DNA of 38,034 nt from Thermoproteaceae archaeon (GTDB lineage: Archaea; Thermoproteota; Thermoprotei; Thermoproteales; Thermoproteaceae). A program made the position numbers and the translations under genes. Shown here piece after piece: positions 19,683-27,908 of the stretch. Within the stretch, counting starts at the first letter, position 1. Every line of letters begins with the position of its first letter. The notes below the pieces were generated by a model. That model searched no databases. It saw only the letters and a list, made by a program, of their open reading frames with translations, and was not told the DNA's origin. The stretch covers positions 1-38,034 of the forward strand of contig JAJHRB010000005.1 of the NCBI GenBank assembly GCA_020833025.1, read 5' to 3'.

Positions 19683-20830
19683 GCTGGCGAGAGGCAATTG
19701 AAAGGGCGTTTCTAAACGTCGTGCCGAGGACTTACGAGCTACTGTCGCGCTACCCGTACGTACAGGAGCTGGCGCGGGAGATCAGGAAGGTTAGGGAGGG
19801 AGTCGTGAAAAATCTCGACCGGTACATCGAGGAGCTGAGGAAGTCCGTCGAGAGGGCAGGGGGCAGGTTCTATCTCGCGGAGACTGCAGAGGAGGCCGTG
19901 GAGACCGCGGCCCGGATCGTAGGCAGGGGGAAGCTGGTTGTGATGGGGAAGAACAACGTTGCGGTGGAGACGGGGCTTAGGAGGAGGCTGGAGCAGGAGG
20001 GCAATGAGGTGTGGGAGACCGACCTGGGAATGTTTTTGTTGCAGCTAAGCGGCGACGAGCCGAGCTACTTAATATCGCCAGCGCTTCACATGACTAGAGA
20101 GACGGCGGCAGAGGTATTAAAGAGGCGTCTGGGCGTTGACGTCCCCCCAGACCCGGCGGCTGTAGCGCAGAGGGCTAGGGAGTTCTTGCGCGAGAAGATA
20201 GTTAAGGCTGACGTCGGCATAACGGGGGCAAACGCTATCGCGGCCGACACAGGCGCCGTCGTGCTGGTGGAGAACGAGGGCAACATAAGAATGGTGACTG
20301 CGATCCCGCCCGTGCACATAGTCTACGACGGCGTGGAGAAAATCGTCCCGACGCTCGTGCACGCGCTCTACGTTGCGTGCGTCCAGGCGGCTTACGCCGG
20401 CGCCTACCCCCCGACGTACATAAACGTGACGGCAGGCCCGAGCTCGACGGCGGACATAGAGAAGCAGCGAGTCTCGCCGGCACAGGGACCCAGGGAGTAC
20501 CACGTCGTGCTGGTAGACGGCGGGAGGCGCCGCGCGGCGAGAGATCCCGCGCTCTGGGAGGCGCTGCTCTGCATAAGGTGCGGCAGGTGCCATTTCCACT
20601 GCCCGGTCTACCGCGCAGTGGGGAGGGAGTTCGGCAGGCCCCCCTATACCGGGCCCATGGGCGTGATGTGGACCGCAATAACACGCGGCATTGAGGCGGC
20701 GGGGCCTCACGCATTCAGGTGCACTCACGCGGGCAACTGCAGGGAGGTGTGCCCAATGGGCATAGACACCCCACGCATAATTCATGAAATCAGGAGGAGG
20801 TACGCTCTCAGCGTTGCGATCCTGCGCTAG
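19679..20830 (+). CDS. lutB: LutB/LldF-like LUD-domain Fe-S protein (lactate-utilisation type)
   Basis: WETDLG, SPALH, ADVGITGANAIAADTG, ENEGN, TAGPSSTADIE, CIRCGRCHFHCPVY, CTHAGNCREVCP. Confidence 0.85.
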   Translation: MSWREAIERAFLNVVPRTYELLSRYPYVQELAREIRKVREGVVKNLDRYIEELRKSVERAGGRFYLAETAEEAVETAARIVGRGKLVVMGKNNVAVETGLRRRLEQEGNEVWETDLGMFLLQLSGDEPSYLISPALHMTRETAAEVLKRRLGVDVPPDPAAVAQRAREFLREKIVKADVGITGANAIAADTGAVVLVENEGNIRMVTAIPPVHIVYDGVEKIVPTLVHALYVACVQAAYAGAYPPTYINVTAGPSSTADIEKQRVSPAQGPREYHVVLVDGGRRRAARDPALWEALLCIRCGRCHFHCPVYRAVGREFGRPPYTGPMGVMWTAITRGIEAAGPHAFRCTHAGNCREVCPMGIDTPRIIHEIRRRYALSVAILR

Positions 20831-21452
20831 TAAGAGGCGCGCGGCGGCCCGGGCCCGTGAGCGGGATCACCAGGCGGCTCATAAGGAGGAGGCCTGCGAC
20901 GTGTTCGAGAGGCTGCCAATCGCCGAGAGGGAAAAAGCAGAACGTGCGTTCGTTCCCGCGGATGCCGTGGGTCTCGCCGTGATGTGCCAGCGATACGCGG
21001 TACACTACGCGTCAGAGCTTGAAATAGCGGCATTTGCGCGCTCGTTGCTCGACAGAGTGAGGTACGCAGAGCTCCTGAAGATTGCAGATGTAAGCGTGTT
21101 AAGCCTCTCAGGGCCGCGCGCGGGGGCAGAGGCGCGGTAAACTCTCTGCTTGAGGTGGGCAGCGGGCTCTCGCCAAGTTTCGATATCGTATGAGGGTATT
21201 CCCCGAGCTGCGGCGCGAGTTCGAGCGGTACAGCAGAGCTGCGAGGGGCCTCCCCCTCGCGGCCTCGGCAAGGGAGGCCTACTATTATTCTTACATCTAG
21301 CGGTTACGTCTACGTCTTCAAGTGTACAAGAGGCAGGCTTGAGTGTGGTTTAATGGCGTGATGCGCGGCGAAGTTGGCCGAGGGCGTGAGGAGTTTCGCT
21401 GGCAGCAGCCCCTGGCACCTGCTTAAAAAGCAGGAGTTTTGACTCCCACGCG

Positions 21453-22805
21453 GTGGTACCGCGCGTTGTAATCTCGGCCGTCAGGGGCATGTCCGGCAAG
21501 ACCATCGCCACGCTCGGCATCATCTACGGGCTTGTGAGGCGCGGGCTTAGAGTCGCGCCGTTTAAGGTGGGGCCCGACTATATCGACCCGACGTACCACC
21601 GCGCGGTGTCTGGCGTCTACAGCAGGAACTTAGACGTCGTGCTGATGGGAGAGCGAGGCGTCGTGATGCGGTTTGTGAAATACTCGCGGGGCGCCGACGT
21701 GGCTATCATAGAGGGCGTGATGGGCCTCTACGACTCGATCGACGGAGTGTCAGAGCTCGGCTCGACGGCCCAGGTGGCTAAGCTGCTCAAGGCCCCCGTA
21801 ATTCTAGTCCTCAGCGGGGAGAGAGTAAACAGGACGCTGCGTGCCGTTGTGAGAGGGCTTAAGTCATTCGACGCGCATGTTGAAATAAGGGGCGTGATTC
21901 TAACTGATGTAGTTCCAGGGCAGGCTGAGAAATTAAAACGGGGGCTGTCCGAGGAGGGGGTAGAGGTGCTCGGCACAATTCCGAGGTCGGGGGCCGTGAG
22001 CAGCGCGTTCGGCTACCGGCATCTAGGCCTCGTGCCCTTCGGCGAGAGAGAGAACGGCGCGGGACTTTTCAACGTGATAGAGAGCTACATCGCGCCGAAT
22101 ATTGACACAGATAGAGTGGTGGCCATAGCGAGAGAGGCCGGAGACCTTGAGTGCCCCGGCGATTGCGGCGAGAGCGGCAGTGAGCGCGCGGGGGGCCGCT
22201 GCAGGGTCGGCATCGTGATGGACAGGGCATTCACGTTCTACTACCCTGAGGTGATAGAGGAGGCCTGCAGGCTCGGCGAGCCCGTTTTTGTAAACTCGCT
22301 CAAGGATCCCGAGCTGCCGCACGTTGATGTTTTAATGATTGGCGGCGGGTTCCCCGAGGTCATGGCGGAGGGGCTGGAGAAGAACAGGTCGTTTAGAAGG
22401 TCCGTCCTTCGTTACGTGGAGGGGGGCGGGAGGCTTTACGCTGAGTGCGGCGGCTTGATGTACATGACGTCATCCATAATAGTCGACGGGTCTGAGTACG
22501 AGATGGTCGGCGCTGTGGATGCGGTCACGGTTGTCTTGAGGAAGCCTGTTGGCAGGGGTTACGCGTGGGGCAGAGTCGTCGCCAGGACGCCAATCGCGCC
22601 GCCCGGCACCGAGCTGCGGGGGCACGAGTTCCACTACTCGAAAGTAATACTGCGGGAGAGGCCGGCGCTGGCAATAAGGCTTGAGCGCGGCGTGGGCATC
22701 GGCGGCGGGTGGGACGGCATTGTCAAGGGCAACATGCACGCGCAGTACCTTCACATACACCCGGAGACCTACAGCGCTCTCGGGGCGCTATGCCGGTCTA
22801 TGTAG
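21453..22805 (+). CDS. dsrN: Cobyrinate a,c-diamide synthase family amidase; in this context the probable siroheme amidase DsrN
   Basis: SGKT, FKVGPDYIDPTYH, IEGVMGLYD, AFTFYYPE, GGGFPE, YAECGGLMY, GHEFHYS, YLHIH. It lies next to SUMT and dsrAB, and there are no other cobalamin genes in the window. Confidence 0.85.
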   Translation: MVPRVVISAVRGMSGKTIATLGIIYGLVRRGLRVAPFKVGPDYIDPTYHRAVSGVYSRNLDVVLMGERGVVMRFVKYSRGADVAIIEGVMGLYDSIDGVSELGSTAQVAKLLKAPVILVLSGERVNRTLRAVVRGLKSFDAHVEIRGVILTDVVPGQAEKLKRGLSEEGVEVLGTIPRSGAVSSAFGYRHLGLVPFGERENGAGLFNVIESYIAPNIDTDRVVAIAREAGDLECPGDCGESGSERAGGRCRVGIVMDRAFTFYYPEVIEEACRLGEPVFVNSLKDPELPHVDVLMIGGGFPEVMAEGLEKNRSFRRSVLRYVEGGGRLYAECGGLMYMTSSIIVDGSEYEMVGAVDAVTVVLRKPVGRGYAWGRVVARTPIAPPGTELRGHEFHYSKVILRERPALAIRLERGVGIGGGWDGIVKGNMHAQYLHIHPETYSALGALCRSM

Positions 22806-23482
22806 TTGGCGCCGGGCCCGGCGACCCCAGGCTGCTCACGCTGAGGGCCGTCGAGCTGCTACAGCAGGCTGACATAGTCGCCTTCGGCGAGCTGGTCCCC
22901 GATGAGATTGTCAGGCTCTACGCGCCGCGGGCGCGCGTCGTTAAACTGGGCCACAGAAGGGCCGAGCACGATGCTGTAATTGACGCCCTTATTGAGGAGG
23001 CCGGGCGGGGTCTCAATGTCGTGGTGCTGAAAAACGGCGATCCAGCAGTGTTCGGCCGCGGCGTGCAGATATGCGCGAGGGCCGAGAGCAGGGGAGTTCC
23101 GTGCGAGATCGTGCCGGGAGTCCCGGCGTTTGCCGCAGCCGCCGCGCTCTTTAAAATAGAGCTCACAAACGGCAAGACTTTAAGGCACGTCTCGCTGTAC
23201 TCCTTCCCCCACTTCAGCGCGGAGACTCTCAGAAGCGCGGCGACGGATACCGTGGTCGTGCACATGATGGGCAATAGACTGGACGTCGTGAGACGCGCAG
23301 TAGAGCAGGGCTGCAGCAGCGAGGCCGAGGTGTTCGTCTGCTACGCGGTATCTCTCGGCGGTGAGTGCCGCCGGGTCGCGCCAAGCGAGCTCCTCAATTA
23401 CAAAAACAAGAGGCCCCTCTTGGTCATAGTCCGCGGGTGCAGGTCGGGCTCAGGCGCAAATGTAAGCCCGAGCTGGCGATAG
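22790..23482 (+). CDS. cobA: Uroporphyrinogen-III C-methyltransferase (SUMT; siroheme pathway)
   Basis: VYVVGAGPGDPRLLTLRA, LKNGDPAVFGRG, EIVPGV. ATG 22790 overlaps the dsrN 3' end. Confidence 0.85.
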   Translation: MPVYVVGAGPGDPRLLTLRAVELLQQADIVAFGELVPDEIVRLYAPRARVVKLGHRRAEHDAVIDALIEEAGRGLNVVVLKNGDPAVFGRGVQICARAESRGVPCEIVPGVPAFAAAAALFKIELTNGKTLRHVSLYSFPHFSAETLRSAATDTVVVHMMGNRLDVVRRAVEQGCSSEAEVFVCYAVSLGGECRRVAPSELLNYKNKRPLLVIVRGCRSGSGANVSPSWR

Positions 23483-23899
23483 CTCGTGAAGCAGGGCCTT
23501 GACCTCGGGGATGTGGCTGTTCAAAACGCACCACCCCACGAATTCCATCAGACTGCGGGGGAGCTTGCCCCCGCTTATAATGGCGTCCAGTACCGGCCTT
23601 AGAGTCTCCTCCCGGAGCCCTAGCTTGCGCGACAGTAATCTCTGAGCGTAAACCTTAGAGCTCCCGTCGAGTTTGTACAGGAGGAGTAGCCCGTAAATCG
23701 TGAGCGTGCACCGGCTGCCGCGCGCGTGCCTCTCGCACTCGATTATGCCGAGGCTTTCAAGCCTCTTTATGAGATTGTAAAGAAACGACGGGTAGAGGCT
23801 CATCTCCTTCATTATTTTGTAGGGAGAGGGGCCGGCGCCGTAAGAGAACTCTTCAAGCGCCACGGCTCTGAGGATGCTGAGGGAGATTGCGTCGAGCAT
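23450..23899 (-). CDS. Winged-helix DNA-binding-like protein
   Basis: SPYKIMKEMSLYPSFLYNLIKRLESLGIIEC...CTLTIYG shows a helix-turn-helix-wing pattern. Confidence 0.65.
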   Translation of the reverse strand: MLDAISLSILRAVALEEFSYGAGPSPYKIMKEMSLYPSFLYNLIKRLESLGIIECERHARGSRCTLTIYGLLLLYKLDGSSKVYAQRLLSRKLGLREETLRPVLDAIISGGKLPRSLMEFVGWCVLNSHIPEVKALLHELSPARAYICA

Positions 23900-23953
23900 G
23901 GAGAGTTGGTTTGCATGAGAATATACACTTTCTTCCTACGACGCGTCGAAAGT

Positions 23954-24607
23954 CTAAAGCCTGTAGATCTGCTTTACGCTAGGGCGTGGCGAGTGCTGGC
24001 GGCGTGCGTACCCGGCGGCATTACTGCAAAGATAAATGCTCCACACGCTGAAGCGCGACAGGAATTTCAAGCTGTTGCTCAGCACTGCCTGGTCCACAGG
24101 GTCTGTCCCTTTATCTACGAGATACGTCAGAACGTAGGAGGTCGAGGCCGCGGGGCTGCAAATGAACGCCTCGCGTATATTAAACCCGAAGTGTCTAATA
24201 GCCCGGCCGAGCAGTATCAAGTACGCTACAAGCATCTCGCTGTCGACATTTAGGGACCAGATACTCTTTACGCGGTTCAAGTACTCCAAGTTTTTAGTGA
24301 GCGCCATCAGTGAAAGCGGGCCCTTAACTGTGGCCGCGTACCCCCGGCTGGATGCCAGCAGTACAAGTCTATTCTCGTTCAGATACTTCACGGCCTTGTA
24401 AACGGTTGACATGCTGTATTTCCTCACCTCCCTAGCGACCTCGTAAGGCGTGAAAGCCCGTGGGTAGTTCCTCACAAAGAAATCGAGAATGCACGCGTGC
24501 GTGTCGCTGAGAGGCGGCACGAGGGCTCTCCACGTCTCTAGAAGCTCCGAGACAAAACCGTGCCCAAGCTGCCCGCCACTCACGCGGGAGAAAAGCGTCA
24601 AAAACAA
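23954..24607 (-). CDS. Winged-helix DNA-binding-like protein
   Basis: FTPYEVAREVRKYSMSTVYKAVKYLNENRLV...YAATVKG shows a helix-turn-helix-wing pattern. The start is uncertain (TTG 24607 or GTG 24583). Confidence 0.65.
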   Translation of the reverse strand: MFLTLFSRVSGGQLGHGFVSELLETWRALVPPLSDTHACILDFFVRNYPRAFTPYEVAREVRKYSMSTVYKAVKYLNENRLVLLASSRGYAATVKGPLSLMALTKNLEYLNRVKSIWSLNVDSEMLVAYLILLGRAIRHFGFNIREAFICSPAASTSYVLTYLVDKGTDPVDQAVLSNSLKFLSRFSVWSIYLCSNAAGYARRQHSPRPSVKQIYRL

Positions 24608-24648
24608 AATTTAGGGTTATTAATACATGCTTGTTACTAGCTGGCGGA

Positions 24649-24984
24649 CTAGACGCAGCCGGTGGGCTTAGGCGCGCCGGCAATCTTACAAGCGCCAGAC
24701 GCGGGGCCCGACGGGAACAGCTGGTAGATCTGCTCCAGCGTGAAGCCAGTCTCCTTGAGCAACATTTTAATTGGCGGGCACACGCCGTAGGTCTCCCAGT
24801 ACTCCCTCAGGTACTTAACGACCTTCCAGTGATCCGGCGTCATCTGCTGTATGCCCTCTATCTCGCGGGCCATCCACTCGGCGACCTTCTCGTTCCAGTT
24901 CTCTGGATTCTGCATGAAGCACTCCTCGTCAAGCACAACGGTTGTGTCGTCGACCTTGTACTCTCCCGGGCACTTTATTGGCAT
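24649..24984 (-). CDS. dsrC: Sulfur carrier DsrC
   Basis: HWKVVKYLREY, LFPSGPASGACKIAGAPKPTGCV with both C-terminal Cys. The N-terminus closely resembles Pyrobaculum DsrC as I recall it. Confidence 0.97.
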   Translation of the reverse strand: MPIKCPGEYKVDDTTVVLDEECFMQNPENWNEKVAEWMAREIEGIQQMTPDHWKVVKYLREYWETYGVCPPIKMLLKETGFTLEQIYQLFPSGPASGACKIAGAPKPTGCV

Positions 24985-25027
24985 GTGACCCCCTTGTTCG
25001 GTAGGATAAAAGAGTTATTGCGACGAG

Positions 25028-25466
25028 TCAGCGCAATAGCTGGCACTCCACGCCGTATTTCTCCCTCAGGCGGCTGAGCAGCCCTGGCAGCTCCTCCTCA
25101 AACACCCTGGCAATTATCCTGTCCCAGTCGAGCGCTATGTCGCTGACGCGCAGCTTGATCTCCAGCGACGGCAGCGCGAGGTTTTTCGAGCAGTCAAAGG
25201 GCGCCAGCCCGATCACGAGCGTTGTTGTCATGCCGGCCCACGGGAAGTTCCTCTTAGTGACGGGAATGCCAGCGCTCGAGAGCTCCTCGCAGCGGCCGCT
25301 CACTCTGACCTTTCTGTCGAGGACGAACAGGAGGAGGTAGCCGTCCTCAAGGAGTCTCGAGAGCACCAGCAGGCGGTAGTCAGGGACGAAGAAGTAGTCC
25401 TCCTCGGAAGTCTGCTGGGCGAGGAAAAAACTTCAGGGTTCCCGGCCTGACGACTCTAAATAGCAT
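25028..25466 (-). pseudogene. Frameshifted hypothetical gene between dsrB and dsrC (~145 aa if repaired)
   Basis: ATG 25466 overlaps the dsrB end and reads MLFRVVRPGTLKFF. Removing one T from the T6 run (plus-strand A6 at 25425-25430) fuses it in frame to LAQQTSEEDYFFVPDYRLLVLSRLLEDGY... through to the stop at 25028. Confidence 0.7.
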
Positions 25467-26619
25467 CCCTGACGCGCCTCCAGACCCACTCGCCGCGCCA
25501 CCTGTACGCCATGAACGTGCGCGCGTGCTCCGGCATGTACATGTAGTCGGCCGGGAGCCTCGGGAGCCCGAGCAGCTCGGTGAATCTCGCCCAGCTTATT
25601 CTGTCTATTAAGTCGCCTATTCTCTCGCCCGGCCTTGCGTTCTGGCGCCAGACCTCCACTATTTTCTTGACCACGGCAACCACCTCGGGGTATCTCGGCG
25701 GGTTGGACGGCAGCCACGGAATCAGCATGCGCCCAACTCTGGGCCCGCTCCCTGTGTTCGACAGCCTGCCCCCGACGATTATGCCCCAGCCCACCTCCTC
25801 CGGCTCGTAGTCGAAGGCGTCGCAGTTGTCCTTGCACCTGACGCAGTTGATGCACCGGGCCTCTATAAGCTCGAGCGTAAACTTCTCGCCAACTCTCTTA
25901 ACCCTGAGAGCACCCACGGGGCATACTTGCACCATGAACACCTTCGACTCCGGTATCCTGGCGAGAGCCTTCGGCGGCGGTATGCACACCGGCAGTATGT
26001 CCTCTCGGATTATCGGCGCGGCGCCCCACACGCCTATAATTGATATATCCATTGCCGTGCCGCCAGCGCAGGCGTTCGGGCAGCCCGACACGAAGACTCT
26101 GAGCTTTGCCGGCAGCGGGATCTCGCCGGTGAAGTACGGCTTGAGCTGGTCGCCAATGGCCTTCGCCAATGATACCGCATCGGTAACTCCAATCTGGCAC
26201 GTGAGGAATGCCGTACACGCGTTGATGCCCCACAGTGTGTTCCTCCATCCGCCGACGAGGAAGCCGAGCTTCTCCACTTCCTCCTTTATTTTGAGCGCCT
26301 TGTCGAGCGAGTCCGTGATGAACTCGACGTTAGCCGCCGTGGTGATCCTTAACGCCCCGATGCCGTACTTGTCGGCAATGTCGCAGAACTTCAGCAGGGT
26401 GTCAGCGCTGAACCTAGCGTTTGGCGTGCCGGAGACCTTGATAGTGAATACCCTCTCTCCGGTCTCCGATATGTGCTCGATTATGCCGTAGCCGTGGAAC
26501 CTCCTCTCCTTCCACTTGCCATAGTTGCGCCTGATTACATCTGGCAGCCAGTACTCCAGGCCCTTGTGCGCCGGGAATACCAGCTCTATTGCCCCCCTGC
26601 CAGCTGGCGGGGCGCTCAT
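25456..26619 (-). CDS. dsrB: Dissimilatory sulfite reductase beta subunit
   Basis: LPDVIRRNYGKW, FCDIADKYG, RITTAANVEF, CTAFLTC...CPNAC, ferredoxin CPVG...CINCVRC, GERIGDLIDRISW. Confidence 0.95.
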   Translation of the reverse strand: MSAPPAGRGAIELVFPAHKGLEYWLPDVIRRNYGKWKERRFHGYGIIEHISETGERVFTIKVSGTPNARFSADTLLKFCDIADKYGIGALRITTAANVEFITDSLDKALKIKEEVEKLGFLVGGWRNTLWGINACTAFLTCQIGVTDAVSLAKAIGDQLKPYFTGEIPLPAKLRVFVSGCPNACAGGTAMDISIIGVWGAAPIIREDILPVCIPPPKALARIPESKVFMVQVCPVGALRVKRVGEKFTLELIEARCINCVRCKDNCDAFDYEPEEVGWGIIVGGRLSNTGSGPRVGRMLIPWLPSNPPRYPEVVAVVKKIVEVWRQNARPGERIGDLIDRISWARFTELLGLPRLPADYMYMPEHARTFMAYRWRGEWVWRRVRDAI

Positions 26620-27869
26620 ATCCCTAGCTCTTGCTTGACTTTTTTAGCATACTCGGCGTAAACCTGGCGCTCCTCCGGCGGCAGTATCCTGTACGGCACA
26701 TCGTCTGGCATCTTTTCATAGAATGCCGGCATCTCTATCAGGAACTTGTCAAGCTCTGCCTCCTTTACGAACCTCTGTATGCCCAGGTATATTATTACAT
26801 CGGCGATGCGCTGCTTCGGCATCCCGTACTTGTCCCAGACCTCCCATATCTTCTCCATCATGTCAACTACGCGCTTGGCGCTCACGTCTGGGGGCAGGTA
26901 GCCGACGAACCAGCCTAGCTTCACGCCGTAGTACCCCTTGTTGTTCCCGCCGAGGAGCACGGCAATTCTCTTCTCTCTTCCGGGCTTTATTGCAGGGTGA
27001 GCGAGCCTTATGCACTCCATGCACTTCACGCACCTCTTCTCGTTAATTCTCAGCTCCTGCCTGACGGGATCCCAGGATATTGCGCCGCTCACGCACCCTC
27101 TCTCCAGCTCGCGCGGGTCAACCTCGCCGCGCTTGACCTTCTCCCTAAGCAGCTCCTGATCGACCTCCGGCGCGCCCTTCCACGTGCCCAGCAGCCCGAG
27201 ATCTCCTCTGTTGGCTCTGGCGCAGTCAAACGGGCAGCCCGATAGCTTAGGCTTGAACTTGTAGTGGAAGTTAGGCGCCCTTATGTTCTCGTGAACTCTC
27301 GGGTCGAGGTGTAGGTCGCACCACAACTTCAGCGTATCGTAACACGCAAACTCGCAGAGCGCGGGGCCCACGCACGCGGCCAGTGCCCTAATGGCGTCGG
27401 CGCTCCCGCCGACGTCGGTGCCAAGCTCGCGCAGCTTGTCAGCCACTACCTCGGCGTACTCCTTCTTCGTGATATTTATGATCATGTTGCCTGTCTGCCC
27501 TACCACCTCCAGCAGGCCAATTGCGTACTCTCTAATTGCGTCGAGCAGCTTGCGGAACCAGTCCGTCTTGAGGAATCTGCCCGGCGTGTGGAAGACTCTC
27601 AGGTGTATCTCCTCGCCCGGCAGGCCGAGCCACGGCCTTGCAATTCTGGCCATTGTCCCCGTCAGGTACCTCGTCCTGACGGCGCTTGGTGCCCACGGGC
27701 TCTTGCCCACCACGAGACCGGCGCCGTAAACGTGCAGCGGATAGCCGGTCTTTCTCAGCTCCGTGACGTGACTGGGCCACGGACCCTTCTCAAGCTCCTT
27801 CAAGTACTGCTCGGCCAGCTCCTTCAGCTTGTCGGGCGGCGGAACCCCACGCTTTGGGGGATACGCCAT
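26616..27869 (-). CDS. dsrA: Dissimilatory sulfite reductase alpha subunit
   Basis: LEKGPWPSHVTEL, HLRVFHTPG, DVGGS, CVGPALCEFACYD, YKFKPKLSGCPFDCAR, CVKCMECI. Confidence 0.96.
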   Translation of the reverse strand: MAYPPKRGVPPPDKLKELAEQYLKELEKGPWPSHVTELRKTGYPLHVYGAGLVVGKSPWAPSAVRTRYLTGTMARIARPWLGLPGEEIHLRVFHTPGRFLKTDWFRKLLDAIREYAIGLLEVVGQTGNMIINITKKEYAEVVADKLRELGTDVGGSADAIRALAACVGPALCEFACYDTLKLWCDLHLDPRVHENIRAPNFHYKFKPKLSGCPFDCARANRGDLGLLGTWKGAPEVDQELLREKVKRGEVDPRELERGCVSGAISWDPVRQELRINEKRCVKCMECIRLAHPAIKPGREKRIAVLLGGNNKGYYGVKLGWFVGYLPPDVSAKRVVDMMEKIWEVWDKYGMPKQRIADVIIYLGIQRFVKEAELDKFLIEMPAFYEKMPDDVPYRILPPEERQVYAEYAKKVKQELGI

Positions 27870-27908
27870 GGTTACAAGTGCAGGGAGATATTAAAAATTA
27901 TATTACAT
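27870..27908 (-). promoter_or_regulatory. Candidate dsrA promoter
   Basis: The minus strand reads TATAATTTTTAATAT ~20 nt before the dsrA ATG. Confidence 0.55.

Noticed and set aside
21358-21420. Possible C/D box sRNA (GTGATGC...CCGA...GTGAGGA...)
   Set aside because: The C box is imperfect and there is no CTGA D box at the expected distance. Too weak to call without small-RNA data.
21453-23482. Cobalamin biosynthesis cluster
   Set aside because: Only a CbiA-like gene and SUMT are present, with no other cbi/cob genes. The dsr context better fits siroheme synthesis and amidation.
24649-24984. Extra N-terminal Cys pair in DsrC as a novelty
   Set aside because: A structural disulfide in this region is, as I recall, already described for Pyrobaculum DsrC, so it is not new.
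24649-27869. Oxidative (reverse) Dsr or TusE interpretation
   Set aside because: dsrEFH and dsrL are not in the window, DsrC has both C-terminal Cys, and the sequences resemble the archaeal reductive type.
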